From Cetorhinus maximus (taxonomy: Eukaryota): 64,000 bases of DNA. Positions 62,985-64,000 of the stretch are shown here, piece by piece. The position numbers and the translations under genes were made by a program. Location of the stretch: assembly GCF_964194155.1 (NCBI RefSeq), contig NC_135890.1, positions 109,058,001-109,122,000 of the forward strand, written 5' to 3'. The notes under the pieces are model-generated. The model had not been told where the DNA came from. It did no database searches and was given only the letters and a program-made list of their open reading frames with translations. Each line of letters opens with the position of its first letter. Position 1 is the stretch's first letter.

Positions 62985-63945
62985 ATCACAAAGCTATATA
63001 AGACTTGGGTGTCAGAAGTACAATATCAGGATTTGTGGATAACAGCAAATATTTGGGTGTAGTTAACCCTGAGGAAGACTGTGACAACATATGGGAAGGT
63101 ATTAATAAACATGCAGAATAGGCATGTAATTGGCAAATGAATTTCAAGATAGTTAAGTGTGAAGTGATACCTTTTGATTGGGAGAATAAAGAGGCTTCAA
63201 AATGCTTGGAAAATAAATGTTTGAATGGGATACAGGAGCAGGGGATCGGAAGGTACAGATACACCAATCACTAAAAGTAGCACTGAAGGTTGATATAAAA
63301 AGCAAAGCACTGGGCTTCATTTCTATAGGGATGTAATGGAAAAAAAGTCATGTTAAGCTTGTATAGAACCTTGGTTAGACCACACTTGGGAGTAGTGAAG
63401 AGTCCTGGTCTCCACATTATATAAAAGATATAGAGATGTTGGAGGTAAAAAAGTGAATGATACCAGAACTGAGGGGTTATACCTTTCAGAAAAGGTTGAA
63501 CCAGCTGGGGGTCTTCTGCTTTAGTTGTGTCAGTGTCAGACTAATATCCATATTCTGCCAACAAATGGTAGTAAAGAGAAGACTGAGGGGTTAACTCATA
63601 GAGGTCTTGAAGATTATGAAAAGGTTTGATAGGGTAGATTAAAAAATGATGCTTCCATTTGTGGGGGGCACGGAGACCAGAATTAGGGGCCACAAATGTT
63701 AGACAGTCACCAAAAAATCCAACAGGGAATTCAGAAGAAATTCCATTGCCAACCGTGGTTAGAATGCAGAACTCACTACCACAGGGACTAGTTGAGGTAA
63801 AAAGATGCATTTAAGCATAACTAGATAAACAAATGAGGGAGAAAGGAATGTAAGGGTACATTGATGGGGTTAGATGAAGAAAGGTGGGAAGAGGATTGTA
63901 GGGAGCATAAAGATCAGTGTGGACCTGTTTCTGTGCCATTTTGTG
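62985..63945 (+). mobile_element. Decayed CR1 LINE 3' part
   Basis: WQMNF...KCEV, LYRTLVRPHL and FDRVD-type remnants in shifting frames. Confidence 0.8.
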
Positions 63946-64000
63946 CAAATACTGTGTACACAATACTTTCCAGCCAGCCAAGGTTAGATTAGATTAAGTG

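Noticed and set aside
58234-64000. PTPN11 first exon expected upstream of RPL6
   Set aside because: No CpG island or MTSRRWFHP-like exon; the region is almost all L2, LTR and CR1 remnants.

Overview
Vertebrate genomic DNA, probably a cartilaginous fish (inferred from the repeat content: CR1, L2, DeuSINE-like and Penelope elements). Three host genes lie on the minus strand: the first coding exon and CpG-island promoter of MORC2 (2873-2940), a five-coding-exon TMEM248/TMEM219-family gene (14056-21739), and a complete RPL6 gene (45494-54251) with a 5'TOP leader and candidate intronic H/ACA snoRNAs. A CpG-island first exon at about 43.4 kb and several stop-containing exon-like blocks at 22-43 kb suggest a decayed gene or a long multi-exon 5'UTR. 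The most striking structure is a Penelope-like (Neptune-type RT + GIY-YIG) retroelement about 120 bp upstream of the RPL6 start, one base short of an intact ORF. It comes with a swarm of non-coding fold-back derivatives of its pseudo-LTR. These carry minimal hammerhead ribozyme motifs with covarying stems, share about 14-bp target-site duplications and an asymmetric ~35-nt tail, and twice insert into the same site inside the element's own sequence. Repeat boundaries are approximate unless a TSD or TIR is quoted.
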